DNA from: Chrysemys picta bellii
Taxonomy: Eukaryota
Reading direction: 5' to 3'
Length of the DNA: 64,000 nt
NCBI RefSeq assembly: GCF_011386835.1
Contig: NC_088810.1
Location: forward strand, 2,232,001 to 2,296,000
The notes under the pieces are model-generated. The model was given only the letters and a program-made list of their open reading frames with translations. It searched no databases and was not told where the DNA came from. Below, one piece after another: positions 50,018 through 62,700 of the stretch. Within the stretch, counting starts at the first letter, position 1. The number at the start of each line of letters is the position of its first letter. The position numbers were made by a program, and so were the translations under genes.

Positions 50018-53000
50018 TCAGGAGAGAAACTTCAGCAGGAGGAGCCCAGCGAGGGCTGGGAAGAGGAGCCTCACTGGTTCCAGAGCTGTGCCGGTCGCGC
50101 TGGAGGCTGGTGAGCATCTGGCCGTGGTTACCTCTTCTTTGATCCCTGCGAAGGCCCCTGAACCCTCATTTATTTGGGCACAGACATACTGAGTACCACA
50201 GCCCTTCATGACGGTCTTCGTGGCAGATCCACCTGCATGTGGGGGAGGAAAGGAGGTGATCAGTGTGAGGGGTGCCGATCCATTCCTTGAACTGGACCAG
50301 GACACAACAACCTGCCCCTCCTCAGCTCTGCCCCTCTGAGCCCCGCCGAGACCCCCACCGCCTCCCCTTTGGCTCTGCTGCCCCCAGCATGTCTCCCCCT
50401 TCTCCTTTACTGTGACACAGACTCACTGTGTGTCCTTGAATAAGTCACTTGCAGCCGTGATCTAGAGCACACTGAGGATACCGAGATTGGATATGGCCTG
50501 TATTAGCGACACCACTCATGCTGCAAAGTAGCAGCTGCCTGTTGGTGGCAGCGGTGGGATCTTTATGAAGGGTGGCTTCATAATGAGTTAAGGCATCATG
50601 ATGGGATCCTGCAAAATTGGGGTCAATTCCTAGCTCTGCCACAGCCTTCCTGTGTGACCTTGGGAAAGTCGTGTCACTACTCTATGCCTCCGTTTCCCAG
50701 TCTCTGAAACTAGGAGAATGATCCCCACTATGCCTACAGAGATTGTGTAATGCCGACAGACGCCGGGTGTTGGCGGGCGGGATCGAACCTGGGACCTCTG
50801 GAGCTTAGTGCATGAGGCAAAAGCCAACAGGCTATAGAGCAAACTCCTTCTCACTAAGTGGTCTCAGTGCCACTACAGTGGACAGGACACCACACCCAGG
50901 AGGTGGGTGGGTTACAGTTGCAGGCTCTTTGGGGCATGGACTATATCTCCCTATAAGTCTTTAGCGCCCAGCAGAGTATGGGTCCCTTATCTTCGCGGGG
51001 AGTCTGTTCAGTGCCCGGCACGACTGGGTCTCCCAATATTAAACCAGTCCCTGCCACGGAGACCTTAGTGACTAAACTGTAGACAGGCAATGGACGGAGG
51101 AGAACCAGAGGCACAGGGCGGGGAAGACACTGGGCCAGGGTCACACCAGAGGCCAGCACTGGGAACAGAACCCAGGTGTCCTGATCTGCAGCCGATACCT
51201 TTATTTAGCGGACGACACGCAGCATCTCGCTTCTGCCCTTGGGGGCGCGGGACAGCAAAGGAAAAATAACCCCAGAACAAATGAACGGAAGTTACCAGAA
51301 TTTTGGGGCCCGGCGATGTCCATACATTGGGTCTCGGCTCCTGTACACTGTATGGTCTCTTCACGGCACTGCTGAGAGGACGGAGCGTAGCAGGCTGGGC
51401 AGCGCAGGCCGTTCAGGGTGGTGTTAGCCGGGGGCACTGGGAAGAAGTGGAGCAAACGCAGTCAGGTCGGGGGACGCGCCCCAGGCGGCGTCGGGGCAGG
51501 GAGAGCAGCTGGGGGCTGCACAGCTCAGCCCTGGGCGTCCCCTGCAGGGGGAGCTGTAGCTCCGGGGTCGCTGGAGGCAGCAGGGGCAGGGGAGAGGTTT
51601 GCAGCAGGGAGCCCTGGACCCCGCCCCGGGTGGGGTCAGCTGGGTTCACACCTGGGGGCAGCCTAAAGCCCCGCCCACTAAACTCCACCCAGCCAGGGAC
51701 TCAGTGTTATTCCATGGGGAGCCCCCTGCAGGGCGGGAGGACCAGTCTCAGGAAGTTAATGTGGGGCAGGTTCCAGGCAGCAGGAGGTGCAGGAGAGGGG
51801 AGATGTACCTTTAACAGGCTCCGGTGTGCAGGCGTCCGTCTGGCAGCAGGCGATGCTCGTCCTTTTCATCATGCTCTTCCCAAAATTCGTTGAGACGAAC
51901 CTGGCGTTACATTGGCTGGGTGTCGCACAGCCCTTGATAATGGTCTGGGTCTTCTCTCCCCCTGCACAGGAGAAGACAGAGATTTTCCCCCCGTCCATTC
52001 CCAGCCCAGTGACGCCCACTTTACAATGATGCCCATGTGCCATTAGCCCGCCTCTACTCATGGGGAAACTGAGGCACGGGGAGGGGAAGTGACTCATTCG
52101 AAGTCCCGCAGGGCTAAAGAAACCGATTTCAGCACCTAAACCCAGCCCTTAGATCGTCCTGCTCCCCACTCAGCTGCCGCAAATCTCCTGCCAGAGTTCC
52201 CACCAGGGGGGTACATGCTGGGCTGCTGAAATCCGAACACCGGGCGTCCAGCTCACCCTTTAGCCGTGGTGGGATTCACAGACTCATTGTTTCCCTGCTG
52301 ATCTCACCTGCAGGGCCTGACACAGGAGATGCCCTTGGAGCACGCCCACTGGATCAGGCTCTGCACAATGCACAGCCGGGGGGGGAGACGGCGGGGGGAG
52401 AGGTTGCTCCCCCCCCCCCCGCATACCCAGGAGCCCTGTTTGTCGGATGCTCCCAGTGGATGTGGGGGATCAGGTTCCAGGGAATGTTTAACTATTTCAT
52501 ACTATGTGGGGTGGCTTCAATAGGGGAGACGTACAGAGACCCGGGGCCAGACATGACCATAGGAGGGGAGAGATCTCGGATGAAGTCCCCAATTCGGGCC
52601 AAGTGGGGATCTGAACTTGCCTCCCCCAGGGCCCAGCTCAGCGCCAGGCCACTGGGGTCTCCTAGCAGCCCCTCCTCCACTGCTGACATTGACAAGGAAG
52701 GGCTGACCCGGATCAGATATCGGACGCCCAGCGAGGGGCTCCGGGCTGTGGACCCCAAGCAGAGCCTGGCGTCTCTGTGCAGGTGGGACTTAGTGGCCAA
52801 ACTTTGGGTAAGGGACAAGGCTTTGGTCACTCCCCTTTCCTCGACATTTCCTATTGGCTGGCTTAGGTGGCTCCCACTCAGTGGCCTCTGGTGCATCCTC
52901 TCCTCAGGTGCCTCCTTCTCCCCATGCACCGTACAGGGAGCCGGGCCCCGGCCCACTGGCTGGCGAGTCGCCTGGGGGGTTGGCATCGCAGTGCTGAGCC

Positions 53001-54700
53001 GAAGGCCCCATTGGGGAGCTAGCCACAGGGTCTGGCATAGAACCCAGGTGTCCTGGCTCCTTTGCTGCTCAGACCCACCCACCCCACTCCTTTCCTGGAG
53101 CTGCGATTAGGATAGAACCCAGGCGTCCTGGCTCCCCAGACTGTTCCCTGACCCACGTTGGGTAGGGTCCCTCTCACCCACCGTGTGTAAATTCTGTTAG
53201 AACGACGCCACAAGAGTTTTGCCCAGCAGTGCAGGTCAGTAGGTTCCCCTTGCAACTGTTTCCTTCTTCTTCACAACGCTCACACTGCAGACAGGCCCCT
53301 GGGGACGGAGAGGGAACATGAGCCACCTGGATTTCTCCCTCCCTCGCCTTCCCCGGGGCTCGGCGGGGAAGCGCCGGGTACAGCGCCCTGGGGTCCCTCA
53401 TCCGGGGCCGGTGCAACCATTTAGACGACCTAGGCGGTTGCCTAGGGCGCTAGGATTTGGGGGGCGCCATTTTCTTCGGCAGCAACCGCAGCGGCCGGAT
53501 CTTCGGCCGCCCCGGTCGCCGCCGGCATTTAGGCGGAGGGAGCTGGGGCAGTGGAGCACGGGGAGGGCCGCCTGCAGCAAGGGGGGGGGGGCGGCACGCA
53601 GGGGAACTCCCCGTCCCAGCTCACCCCTGCCCCGCCTCCTCCCCGAGCACGCCATCGCTGCTTCACTTCTCCCGCCTCCCAGGCCTGATTGGCGCTGCAA
53701 GCCTGGGAGGCGGGAGAAGTGAAGCAGCGACGGCGTGCTCGGGAAGGAGGCGGGGCAGGGGTGAGCTGCCACGGGGGGGGTGCCTCAGGGTGGGGGGTGG
53801 GGAGCTGCCATGGGGGGGGTGTCTCAGGGTGGGGGGTGGGGAGCTGCCGCGGGGGGGGGGGTGTCTCAGGGTAGGGGGTGGGGAGCTGCCGCGGGGGCGC
53901 CAACTCAGGGCGGGGGCTCAAGGATGGGCGCAAGGTGGAAGTTTTGCCGAGGGCGTGAAACATCCTTCCACCGGCCCTGCCCTCATCCACCACGCTGCCC
54001 CAGTTTGGTCCCTGGCCCCCGCTGGCTACAGACACTTCACGCTGCTCGGGGGCTGCGTCTCCCCGGGATCGCTGCAGATTTTAGTTCCCCGGTGGGTTTT
54101 CCCACCTCACAAACCCCAGAGAGATCCCCAGCGGGTGTGAGCTGGTGTCGCTCTCCAGTGCGGTGCAGCAAGGCCGAGTCCCACCTACCATCAAGTCCAG
54201 TGCAGCTGCGCCCCCCTGACATCGACTGGGCCCTGGCCCCCCTGACTCCAGTGCAGCTGCGCCCCCCTGACACCGGATGGGGATCGCATTGACCCGCCCT
54301 TCAGATTCTCTTGAGCTCCTGCTACTGAAATTCAGACCCGCTGCCTGTCACACAACAGACAATCCCGTTCGAAATGCCCTTGGCCTCTGGCCAGCTCTGA
54401 AAGGTGCCCAGTCACGACACAGTTCTTGCAATTTAAATTATAAATATTTCCTCCCATTTCCACAATTGTTTCACTCACTGTCACAGGGACTTTGTGACTT
54501 CCAGCCCTCTCCTCCTCGGACGCCCCAGCTCAGCCCCCGTTATCCTGTGGCTTCTTTTCGGTTACGTTCAGTAACAGTTTCATCCGGCAGGCGGCTCTGA
54601 GCCGTTGGAGAAGTTAGGAAATCAGCCCCTGTAGGAACAGACCCCACTCACCAGTAGCCAGGAGAGCAGCGAGGATGCAGACAACAAGAGAAGCCTCCAT
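50018..54700 (-). CDS. Gene 5: two-LU-domain PLA2 inhibitor gamma / PINLYP-like protein. Exons 54700-54652, 53298-53182, 51961-51809, 51436-51296, 50232-50018
   Basis: Intact spliced ORF MEASLVVCILAALLATG-ACLQCERCEEEGNSC...CCQTDACT...CPACYAPSSQQC...LFPALAGLLLLKFLS*. AATAAA (- strand) at 49874-49879. Confidence 0.93.
50746..50916. mobile_element. 171-bp TG...CA element with tRNA-like box in gene 5 intron 4 (second copy starts at 63958)
   Basis: TGTAAT...GTTACA ends; near-TSD attg/gttg; empty site gagattgcaggc in gene 4 (about 40260); GGTTCGATCCC on the - strand. Confidence 0.75.
53403..53979. mobile_element. hAT MITE in gene 5 intron 1
   Basis: TIRs CGGGGCCGGTG / CACCGGCCCTG; perfect 8-bp TSD CCCTCATC; empty site in gene 3 (about 34728). 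Confidence 0.9.
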
Positions 54701-55276
54701 GGTTATGGGGGAGCAGTAGATCCACCCTGGGGTCTTTGGAGGATTTTTCACAGAAGGGCTGAAATGAGATCAGAAGGGAACTTGCATATGCATGATTGGG
54801 CCGAAAGGATGGGGACAGCCACAGAGCCATTTGCCACAGTTCTGGGGTAGCAACAGCTCTGACCTCTTCGTGGCTGGGTTTTTTGTGGCACGCACAGGGA
54901 GAAGTCATAGAGAAACCTCAAATACTCCTGCTGGAATATTGCCGCATAACATGACTTTATTTCCGAGAATACAGCGAGAACCAAAAACAAGACAGAGACA
55001 AAACAGGCTGCTCCGTTTGACGGCGAGACACAGCCGGCCACTCTATAAACAGAGGGTGTCAAAGAAGGCTGCTCCCTACAGCAATGAGAGATAGCTCGGC
55101 TAACCTGATTCTTTTCCTGACCCCAAGAGGGGACTGGAGCCCCGTGGTTACAGAAGCAGGGCCAGGAGCCAGAACTCCTTGGTTGTCTCCCTGGCTCTGG
55201 GAGGGGAGTGTGATCTTGTGGTTGAACCAAGGAGGGCTGGGGCCAGGACTCCTGGGTTCTATTCCTGCTCTGGGAG

Positions 55277-55950
55277 CAGGGCTGGCTCCAGGCACCAGCC
55301 GAGCAAGCGCGTGCTTGGGGCGGCAGATTCCAAAGGGCGGCATTCCGTCTAATCTTTTTTTTTTGTGCTTCACCGCTTTGGCCGCCCCTGCAGGTTTTTT
55401 CTTTTTGGTTTGCTGCTCCTGCTGCCCTGTAGGGGGCGGAGGAGGGGAGTGCCCTGTAGAAAACCCGGCAGGGCAGCCCGCGTCCTTCCCTGCCTGCCGA
55501 CCGGAGCGGCGCGGAGCCCTCCCGGCAGGCGGCGCAGCGGGAGGGGCCGCGTGGCAAGCGCCCTGCATACGGAAGCCCTGGCTGCCCCCTTCTCTCTCCC
55601 CCCCGCCCCCCGCTAGCTGGGGTGCGCACTCCGCTGCCTGGGGTCCGCAGGGCCGGGAGTCCCCATGCACCCACGCTCCTGACGCTGTGCAGGTATTTTG
55701 TTTTTGTTTTTTTGTTTTTCTTTTCCTTCGCTGCTCCGGCAGGCCGGCCAGTTTGTCCCCCCCCTCCCCCTTCGCCGCTCCAGCCGGCCGGTTTGTTCTC
55801 TCTCTCCCCGCCCTCCCCGGCTGAGGGCAGGTTTGTTTCCCCCCCCTTTGCTGCTCCAGCCAGCCCATTTGTCGCCCCCCCCCTCTTTTGCTGCTCCGGC
55901 CCGCCGGGCGTTTTTTGCTTGGGGCGGCAAAAAAGCCAGAGCCGGCCCTG
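55277..55950. mobile_element. hAT MITE in the gene 5 5' UTR intron
   Basis: TIRs CAGGGCTGGCTC / GAGCCGGCCCTG; perfect 8-bp TSD TCTGGGAG (55269-55276, 55951-55958). Confidence 0.9.
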
Positions 55951-55992
55951 TCTGGGAGGGAAGTGGGGTCAGCAGTATACCAGAGGGATGTT

Positions 55993-56290
55993 ACTTACCA
56001 AAACTCCTCAGGGGTTCAGGCTGAGTAGCGTTTGCTGGGGTGGAGCAGACGGATAGTTCAGTGAAGCAGAAAAGATTTGCCAATATCTGTGTCTCTCCTC
56101 CTTTTATAGAAGGGCTCTGGTACATGCGCTGATGTAATGCACTTTTGTTTGGTTGAGTCCATAAGTTCCTAGTTCCCTCCCCAGCCCTGCCCCCACCCAA
56201 CAGTGACACAATTTGGACACACGAGCACGTTGAGAAACTCGCCACCCTTCCTGCTGAGAAACAACCACAGGGCTGAGTGAAACCGCCTCC
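55993..56290 (-). promoter_or_regulatory. Putative promoter and non-coding first exon of gene 5
   Basis: TATAAAA (56108-56102) and GTAAGT donor (55998-55993). Acceptor tttcag| gives exon start 54758. Confidence 0.65.
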
Positions 56291-58626
56291 CCTTTAAATC
56301 TTGGGTGATGGGGGGCAACTTGGGGAAGTGGGTCACAGACTGGATGGGGTGGCAGGAGTCCTGGTCCTATTCCTGGCTTGCTAAGGGCATGTGGGTTAAG
56401 GGCAGGACTTCTGGGTCTCATTCCCATCCCTGGGAGAAGTGGCGAGCTGTAGGTTAGAGGAGTGGGGGATGGGATTGGCAGGACTCCTGGGTTCTGCAGA
56501 GTGGAGAGTAGGATGTAGTAGTTAGAGCAGCGTGGGGTTGGGACTGGAAATCAGGGTCCCTCAGTCCATAGAAAGGTGAGTGGGATCCAGTAGTTAAAAC
56601 TGGTCATCATGTTCTATCCCTGGCTCTGGGGGGGAAGCTGGGAGCCAGGACTCCTGGGTTCTATCCCTGGCTCTGGGAGGGGAGTGGGGGCTGGGAGCCA
56701 GGACTCCTGGGTTCTATCCCTGGCTCTGGGAGGGGAGTGGGGGCTGGGAGCCAGGACACTTGGGTTCTATCCCCAGCTCTGGGGATGGGGCCTAGTGACT
56801 TAGAGCAGTGGGGGCTAGGGACTGTAGCCCGGTGGGCCAGCTTACCTGTATTATATTCATTGCTTTGTTATCCTGCTTTATTAGATTTAGTAGTAATGCA
56901 AGGAACCTACCGGCTTTTATCCTGTAAGATTGGGCTTTAATAGCTAGTGTGAGGCTTGAGGCCAATAACCTTTGGTATAGGTAAACTTAAGTAACTTATA
57001 AGTTATAGGGAACTGGAAGTGGCATGCCAGAGGTGAAGTTTTGTTTAGAATACTGACATTGGCCACCCACAGAACATCGCTGACACCAGCATCCGGAGAG
57101 TTCCGGACAGAACCTTTGACCGGAAAGCTGCCATGAATGCAAATTGACATTTATGCTAATAGGGTAACAACATACATAAACTAACCTATAGAAAATGGAC
57201 ACCTCAAGGGACGAAAATACAAATAAGGACCTCTATTAAATATGTATTGGTCATGGCGGCATCAGCATAACCTACTATGTAAGTAACATTTCAGGGGCGG
57301 CAGATAGATTGGAGAGATGTAGACCTTGGAAGGGGCCAGAAAGTCCCCCACCCCGTAACCTGTGTTTACGCTCTGCCGTAGCTGTCCTGCTACAGCACCC
57401 ATCTCATAGACCCTGCAGCTCAGAGGGCGGACGGGATTGCCTGGTTGCAAACCCAGGGGCAGGGAGGGAATGTGGGAGCAGCAGCGGTGGGTAGGACCCT
57501 GGGAGGAAGCAGGGAGAGAGAGCTTCTTGGGCACAGAGCCCACCAGAAAGGCAGGCGAGGGGATTTCTGAGCATGGAAACGGGCTGCTGCTGTTTGTCCC
57601 CGCTGCTCTCCAAGAAGCAGGATGCTGAGGGGGTGCGCGGTCTTTGCACGGCAGAGAGACCTGCCTTGCGTCATCGAGTTCTCCTCCTAAAGGAAACAGC
57701 CTTGCAGTGTCCCACATGGTGGCTAAACTGCACGGGGCCACAAAGGGGGAAATAACAGCCCTGCAACAAAATACATACAGGTCTAGGGCTAGATTCCTGG
57801 CTACTGCAGGCCCCGGACACAGAGATTTAGGCACCGCTGGTATTCACAAACGCCCCCCCCCCCCCGGCTTCTGCCAAGCCCTCTGGGCAGCTCAAGTCAT
57901 TCAGCCTCGACATTTGTGCCATAAAAGTTCCCTTGATACTCAAGTTTCTGCCCCCAGGCACCCTGATGCCTGCGTCCCAGCAAGAGCCAGGAGCCAGGAT
58001 CTTGCCTGCCAGGCTCAATCCAGGAGGTGCGCTCAGAACTGGCTCCACACACCACAGAGGAGGAGTTGGTGGCAGGAGTGGTATCCCTTAGATCCACTAG
58101 TCCAGTGGCCAGGATCCTCCCCTGGGTTCATTCACCCCTCTGCCGAAGGTGGAAAGGGGATTTGAACTTGCGCCACCCGTTTCTAAGCTGAAGGCTGGAA
58201 CCGCAGGGACGTACAACAGCCTGACAGGAGGCGGGGGTCCTGCAATCTCTCCTCTTCAAGCTGTTCCATTGTATGTGTTCCACCAAATGGCCAAACACTG
58301 TCGTGAACCGTAGACCTCTAAGAAGTCAGCCTGAATTGCTTGGAATGTCACAGGCCTCCCTCCCTGGGCGATACCAGTCGCTCGTTAGCTGCCAGGGCGG
58401 CTGTCCTGCTGAACCAGGCGTCAATATTTGATGGCGATCCATTTTTCCATTTCTGCAGGATTAATATTCCAGCCACCAAGGCTACACTTTGGAACCAGGC
58501 CACTTTGTCTCCGGGTATCAGGAATAGAGCCAAGAACGAAACTTAAGGGTAGGGGGGGCAAAAAAATTGGTTAATGCTGGGTTCCGGTTGTCCACTGATA
58601 GCTCTTGTCCTTCTTGAGTGTCGAGT

Positions 58627-59707
58627 TGTGACGTTATTGATATAATCTGGGACCATATAGATCATTGTTGCAACCAAGGTCCTGTAGTGGCACGCAAATC
58701 TTGTATAAAAGGGGTCAAATGGGGTGTCTAAGACAAGGTTATGGTTTACTGGTTATGATTATGCTGTCTATATGTGTGTATCAATTTTGTAGTTGAAGTT
58801 ATGAATATTGGCTCTATACTGTCTGTATTTCAAACTTATGCTATGCTGCTGGGTGACATCCCAGACAAACTGGTGTTAGCTCTGCCTAGCCTGCTTGATG
58901 GCCCATTAAGGACCATCAGCTATACAATGGACCCATTGAGAGAAGGCAAATATGCCTTGAGACTCAGCAAAGTATGCAGGAACTTGCCCATGTGACTCCA
59001 GACTCTATTTTGCTGTAATTTTCCACAGTAAGAACAAAGAGGTGTTCTTACACCTGGAAAAGACTATATAAGGCTGATGCCTCATCTCCATCTTGTCTTC
59101 AGTCCTGCTTCATACCTCTGGAGGAACTTTGCTACAAGCTGAAGCTCTGAACAAAGGACTGAGGACCCATCCCAGCGGGGGATGTATTCCAGAGACTTGA
59201 TTTGAACCTGCAGTTTATTCCATCCCTGCTGCAAGCCTGAACCAAGAACTTTGCCATTACTGTATGTAATTGATTCTATTTAACCAATTCTAACTCTCAT
59301 CTCTATCTTTTTCCTTTTATGAATAAACCTTTAGATTTTAGATTCTAAAGGATTGGCAACAGCGTGACTTGCTGGTAAGATCTGATTTGTATATTGACCT
59401 GGGTCTGGGGCTTGGTCCTTTGGGATCGGGAGAACCTTTTTCTTTTACTGGGGTATTGGTTTTCATAACCATTTGTCCCCATAACGAGTGGCACTGGTGG
59501 TAATCCTGGGAAACTGGAGTGTCTAAGGAGATTGCTTGAGAGACTTGCGGTTAGCCAGGGGGTGAGACCGAAGTCCTCCTAGTCTGGCCAGTTTGGTTTG
59601 CCTTAGAGGTGGAAAAAACCCCAGCCTTGAGCTGTAACTGCCCTGTTTGAGCAATTTGTCCTGAGTTGGCACTCTCAGTTGGGTTCCGCCAGAACCGCAT
59701 TGTCACA
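58627..59707 (+). mobile_element. Solo LTR (1081 bp)
   Basis: TGTGAC...GTCACA ends; 5-bp TSD CGAGT; empty site at 46152-46156; TATATAAG at 59065 and AATAAA at 59322. Confidence 0.92.
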
Positions 59708-62700
59708 CGAGTCCAGCAAAATCGAACCTTCTGGAAACCAGGAAATACCAAGTTACAGTAAATGCCCAGGCAGCCATCACTCTGTCCCAATGGCAATCGC
59801 ACTCCAGCGGCATTCACTGGAGCTGTGCTAAATGGTGGAGAGATGTGTTGGAAGAGCTCCAAGACCTCCATCTATTTGACAAAGAGGAGGTTAGAGGGTG
59901 ACTTGATCCCAGTTTATAAGTGCCAACAAAGGGAACAAATATTGGACCCCGGGCTCTTCAGCCAAGCGGAGGAAGATCTAACACCCTCCAATGGCTGGGA
60001 GTTGAAGCCGGACAAATTCAGCCTGGAACGAAGGCGTCATTTTGTAATGGTGAGAGTAATTAACCACTGGGACAATTTACCATGGGGCGCGGTGGATTCT
60101 CCATCTCCAACAATTTTTAAATCCAGATGGGATGTTGTTCAAAGAGGTCGGCTCAAGGAATTAATTCAGGGGGGCCGATGTGATGCGGGGGCTGTGTGTC
60201 TGAGATGATTCCAACGGTCCCTTCTGGCCTTGGACTTTATATTCTAGATGGTGCTGGTCCTGCCATGAGTGCAGGGGACTGGACTTGACCTCTTGAGGTC
60301 CCTTCCAATCCTTGGATTCAATGACTCTGACACTAGGGGCTGTGATTGTGATATGAGGAGATCTGGACTGAGTCTCCCCAACCCTCCCATGCCACAAGGG
60401 TCCCATCCGCGTTGTGTCAATACAGAACTGGGTGGATCGTGTTCGCGGCAGGGCCCGGGAGCTGGCAGGTAGAGAGTTAGGTGGGTTCCCGAGTTCACAT
60501 GTAGAGGGGCCAGAAAAGGATATGAAGCGGCTGTGAATTGTCCATGTCCCGGGGGAGAAGGTCAGTGTCTGGAGTACGTAGGGGCAGTACGGGGTCCCCC
60601 TGTCCATTGCCGTGAAAAGGCAGCGAGCGAGAATGTGTCTCCAGGGTGTTGTGAAGCATCACTGGGAGAGGTTACAGACAGTGATGACAGTGCAGGCATT
60701 TGCCTTAACTCACAATTTCCTGTTTTTCAGATGTTTGTGTTTTGCTGAACTCGATGCTCTGCACAGGCAGGGCCTATCACCAGGCAGCCTTAACCCAGCG
60801 TTAACCAAGTTCCCCTCCACGCCCACTTAAGTTTCATTCTTGGATTTATTCCTGGTACCTGGAGATGACCCGATATGGTTAGCCAAATAACGGGCTGCCA
60901 AGAAGGATGAATTTTATAAAAGCACAATTAGTTGCAACCTTTGGTAAGAGAATGACAGCTTTCTGGGGACATGTCACTCACTGATCCCAGGGCAACTCGA
61001 TCCGGCAGGACGGCAGGCAAACCAGGAAGAGAGAGAAGTAGAGCCAGCTAGGTTGGAACCATCACCCGATGGCTGGTCTCCAAAGCAGAGGGGATGTTTT
61101 ACACCTCTGTCCCAATGGTGGAAGATGGCAGGCCGTGGCCAATGACACCTGCATCAGAGCTGTCACTGGAAGAAGAAGAAACTTTTAAAAGATTCACATG
61201 GAAGAAGAGGGCTGAGAGATTTGGTCTGACTTTTCCTGGAAACTTTGACAACTCACTGAAATCGTTTCTTTTTTTTTTTTTCGTGACATGGCTTTGGACC
61301 CGTTCTCTGTTAGTTTTTGTGCTGCGGCACGGGCGAGTGTCTGTCAGACAGAAACTCTTCCAAACTCATTATTCCGCCCACAGAGATACACACTGTCTTT
61401 TGCCGGACTTTCTAATCACGGGCCACAGGGTCTTCGAAGAGTCCGAAATAGGAAATAAGTCACAAAGGCGAGGGAGGAATCTGGGGCTACTTTGTAGCAG
61501 CACTTGCAGAGCAACAAGGAATTATTTTTTGTTTTCGGTAGCAACACACTGACGGGGATTTAAGGTATGGCACGAACTGCCATCCTGGGCACTTGAAAGA
61601 GTGAAATGACGCCGCGTTGGTCCCAGGATGTTAGAGAGACAAGGTGGGGCAGGGAACGGCTTTCACTGGACCCACTTTCATTGTGGAGAGACACCAGCTT
61701 TCGAGCTATACAGAGCGCGTCTTCAGGTCCGACCTCCAGATAAACTCCCAAGCTTGTCTTTGTCTCTCCCATCCAGTAGCAGAGCTGTGGGCTGGACCCC
61801 CACAGTGGGGCTCTGAACATGAGGACACGCTGCCTTCCTCACCCCACATGCCCGTGGCGTGCGTTCAGCCCGTCTCCTTATGTCTCTGCCTCACACACAG
61901 GCCAGGCCAGGCCAGGCCGACCTTAAATAGTCAGGGCCACCCAGCTCAGTTGCTCAGGGGTGTGACAAATCCACCCTGAGCGCCGTGGTTAAGCCAGCCG
62001 ACGAAACCCACGGAACTAGCTGCAGCTGCTCCGAGAGGTGGAAGTAGGACTGCGACGGGAGAGCCCCGCCTGTCGCTGGAGCAAATCTCTGCCTTGGAGC
62101 TGTAACATTTGAGGAGCAGACCCGGCCCTCATCCTTCCTGCAGCTGCTGCTCCGCTTCACTTTCTAACCGCTGCCAAATGCGGAGAGTGGGTGGAAATGG
62201 AAGTGAAAGCTGCTTTTACCCTCAGTCTGCGGTCAAACTTAGCGGCAGGACTACGGGCCCCGTGCTGCAGGGAAAAGGGGGGGTACTAATGAGGGGTGCT
62301 CTGTTTCAGCCCTCAGACTCCCCTTCTTTTCTGTACAGAACCCAGGAGGATTAATTTCCAGGGGACCCCCCGCCCATCTTCTTTAACCCACTCGCCTCCC
62401 AGAGCAGGGGATAGAACCCAGGTATCCCAGCTCCCCACCCCCTGTTCTAACTCAGCTGACCCCCTCGCCCCTCCCCGAGCTGGGGAAAGAACTCAGGAGC
62501 ACCCCTGACTCCCTTGCTCTACCCACTAGACCCCACTGCCTTCATGGAGCGGGATTAGAACCCAGGAGTCCGACACTTAATCCGCACGCGGCAAACAAGC
62601 CAGGAAAGAACCCAAGTGACTCCATAGCTCCCAGTCCACTGCTAACCCAATAGGCTGCCAGGCCAAGTCTGAAAACTGCGTTTTGCTTCTGTGTGTGATT

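Noticed and set aside
54748-55930. 246-308 aa GC-rich ORFs
   Set aside because: They run through a TSD-bounded MITE and are low-complexity.
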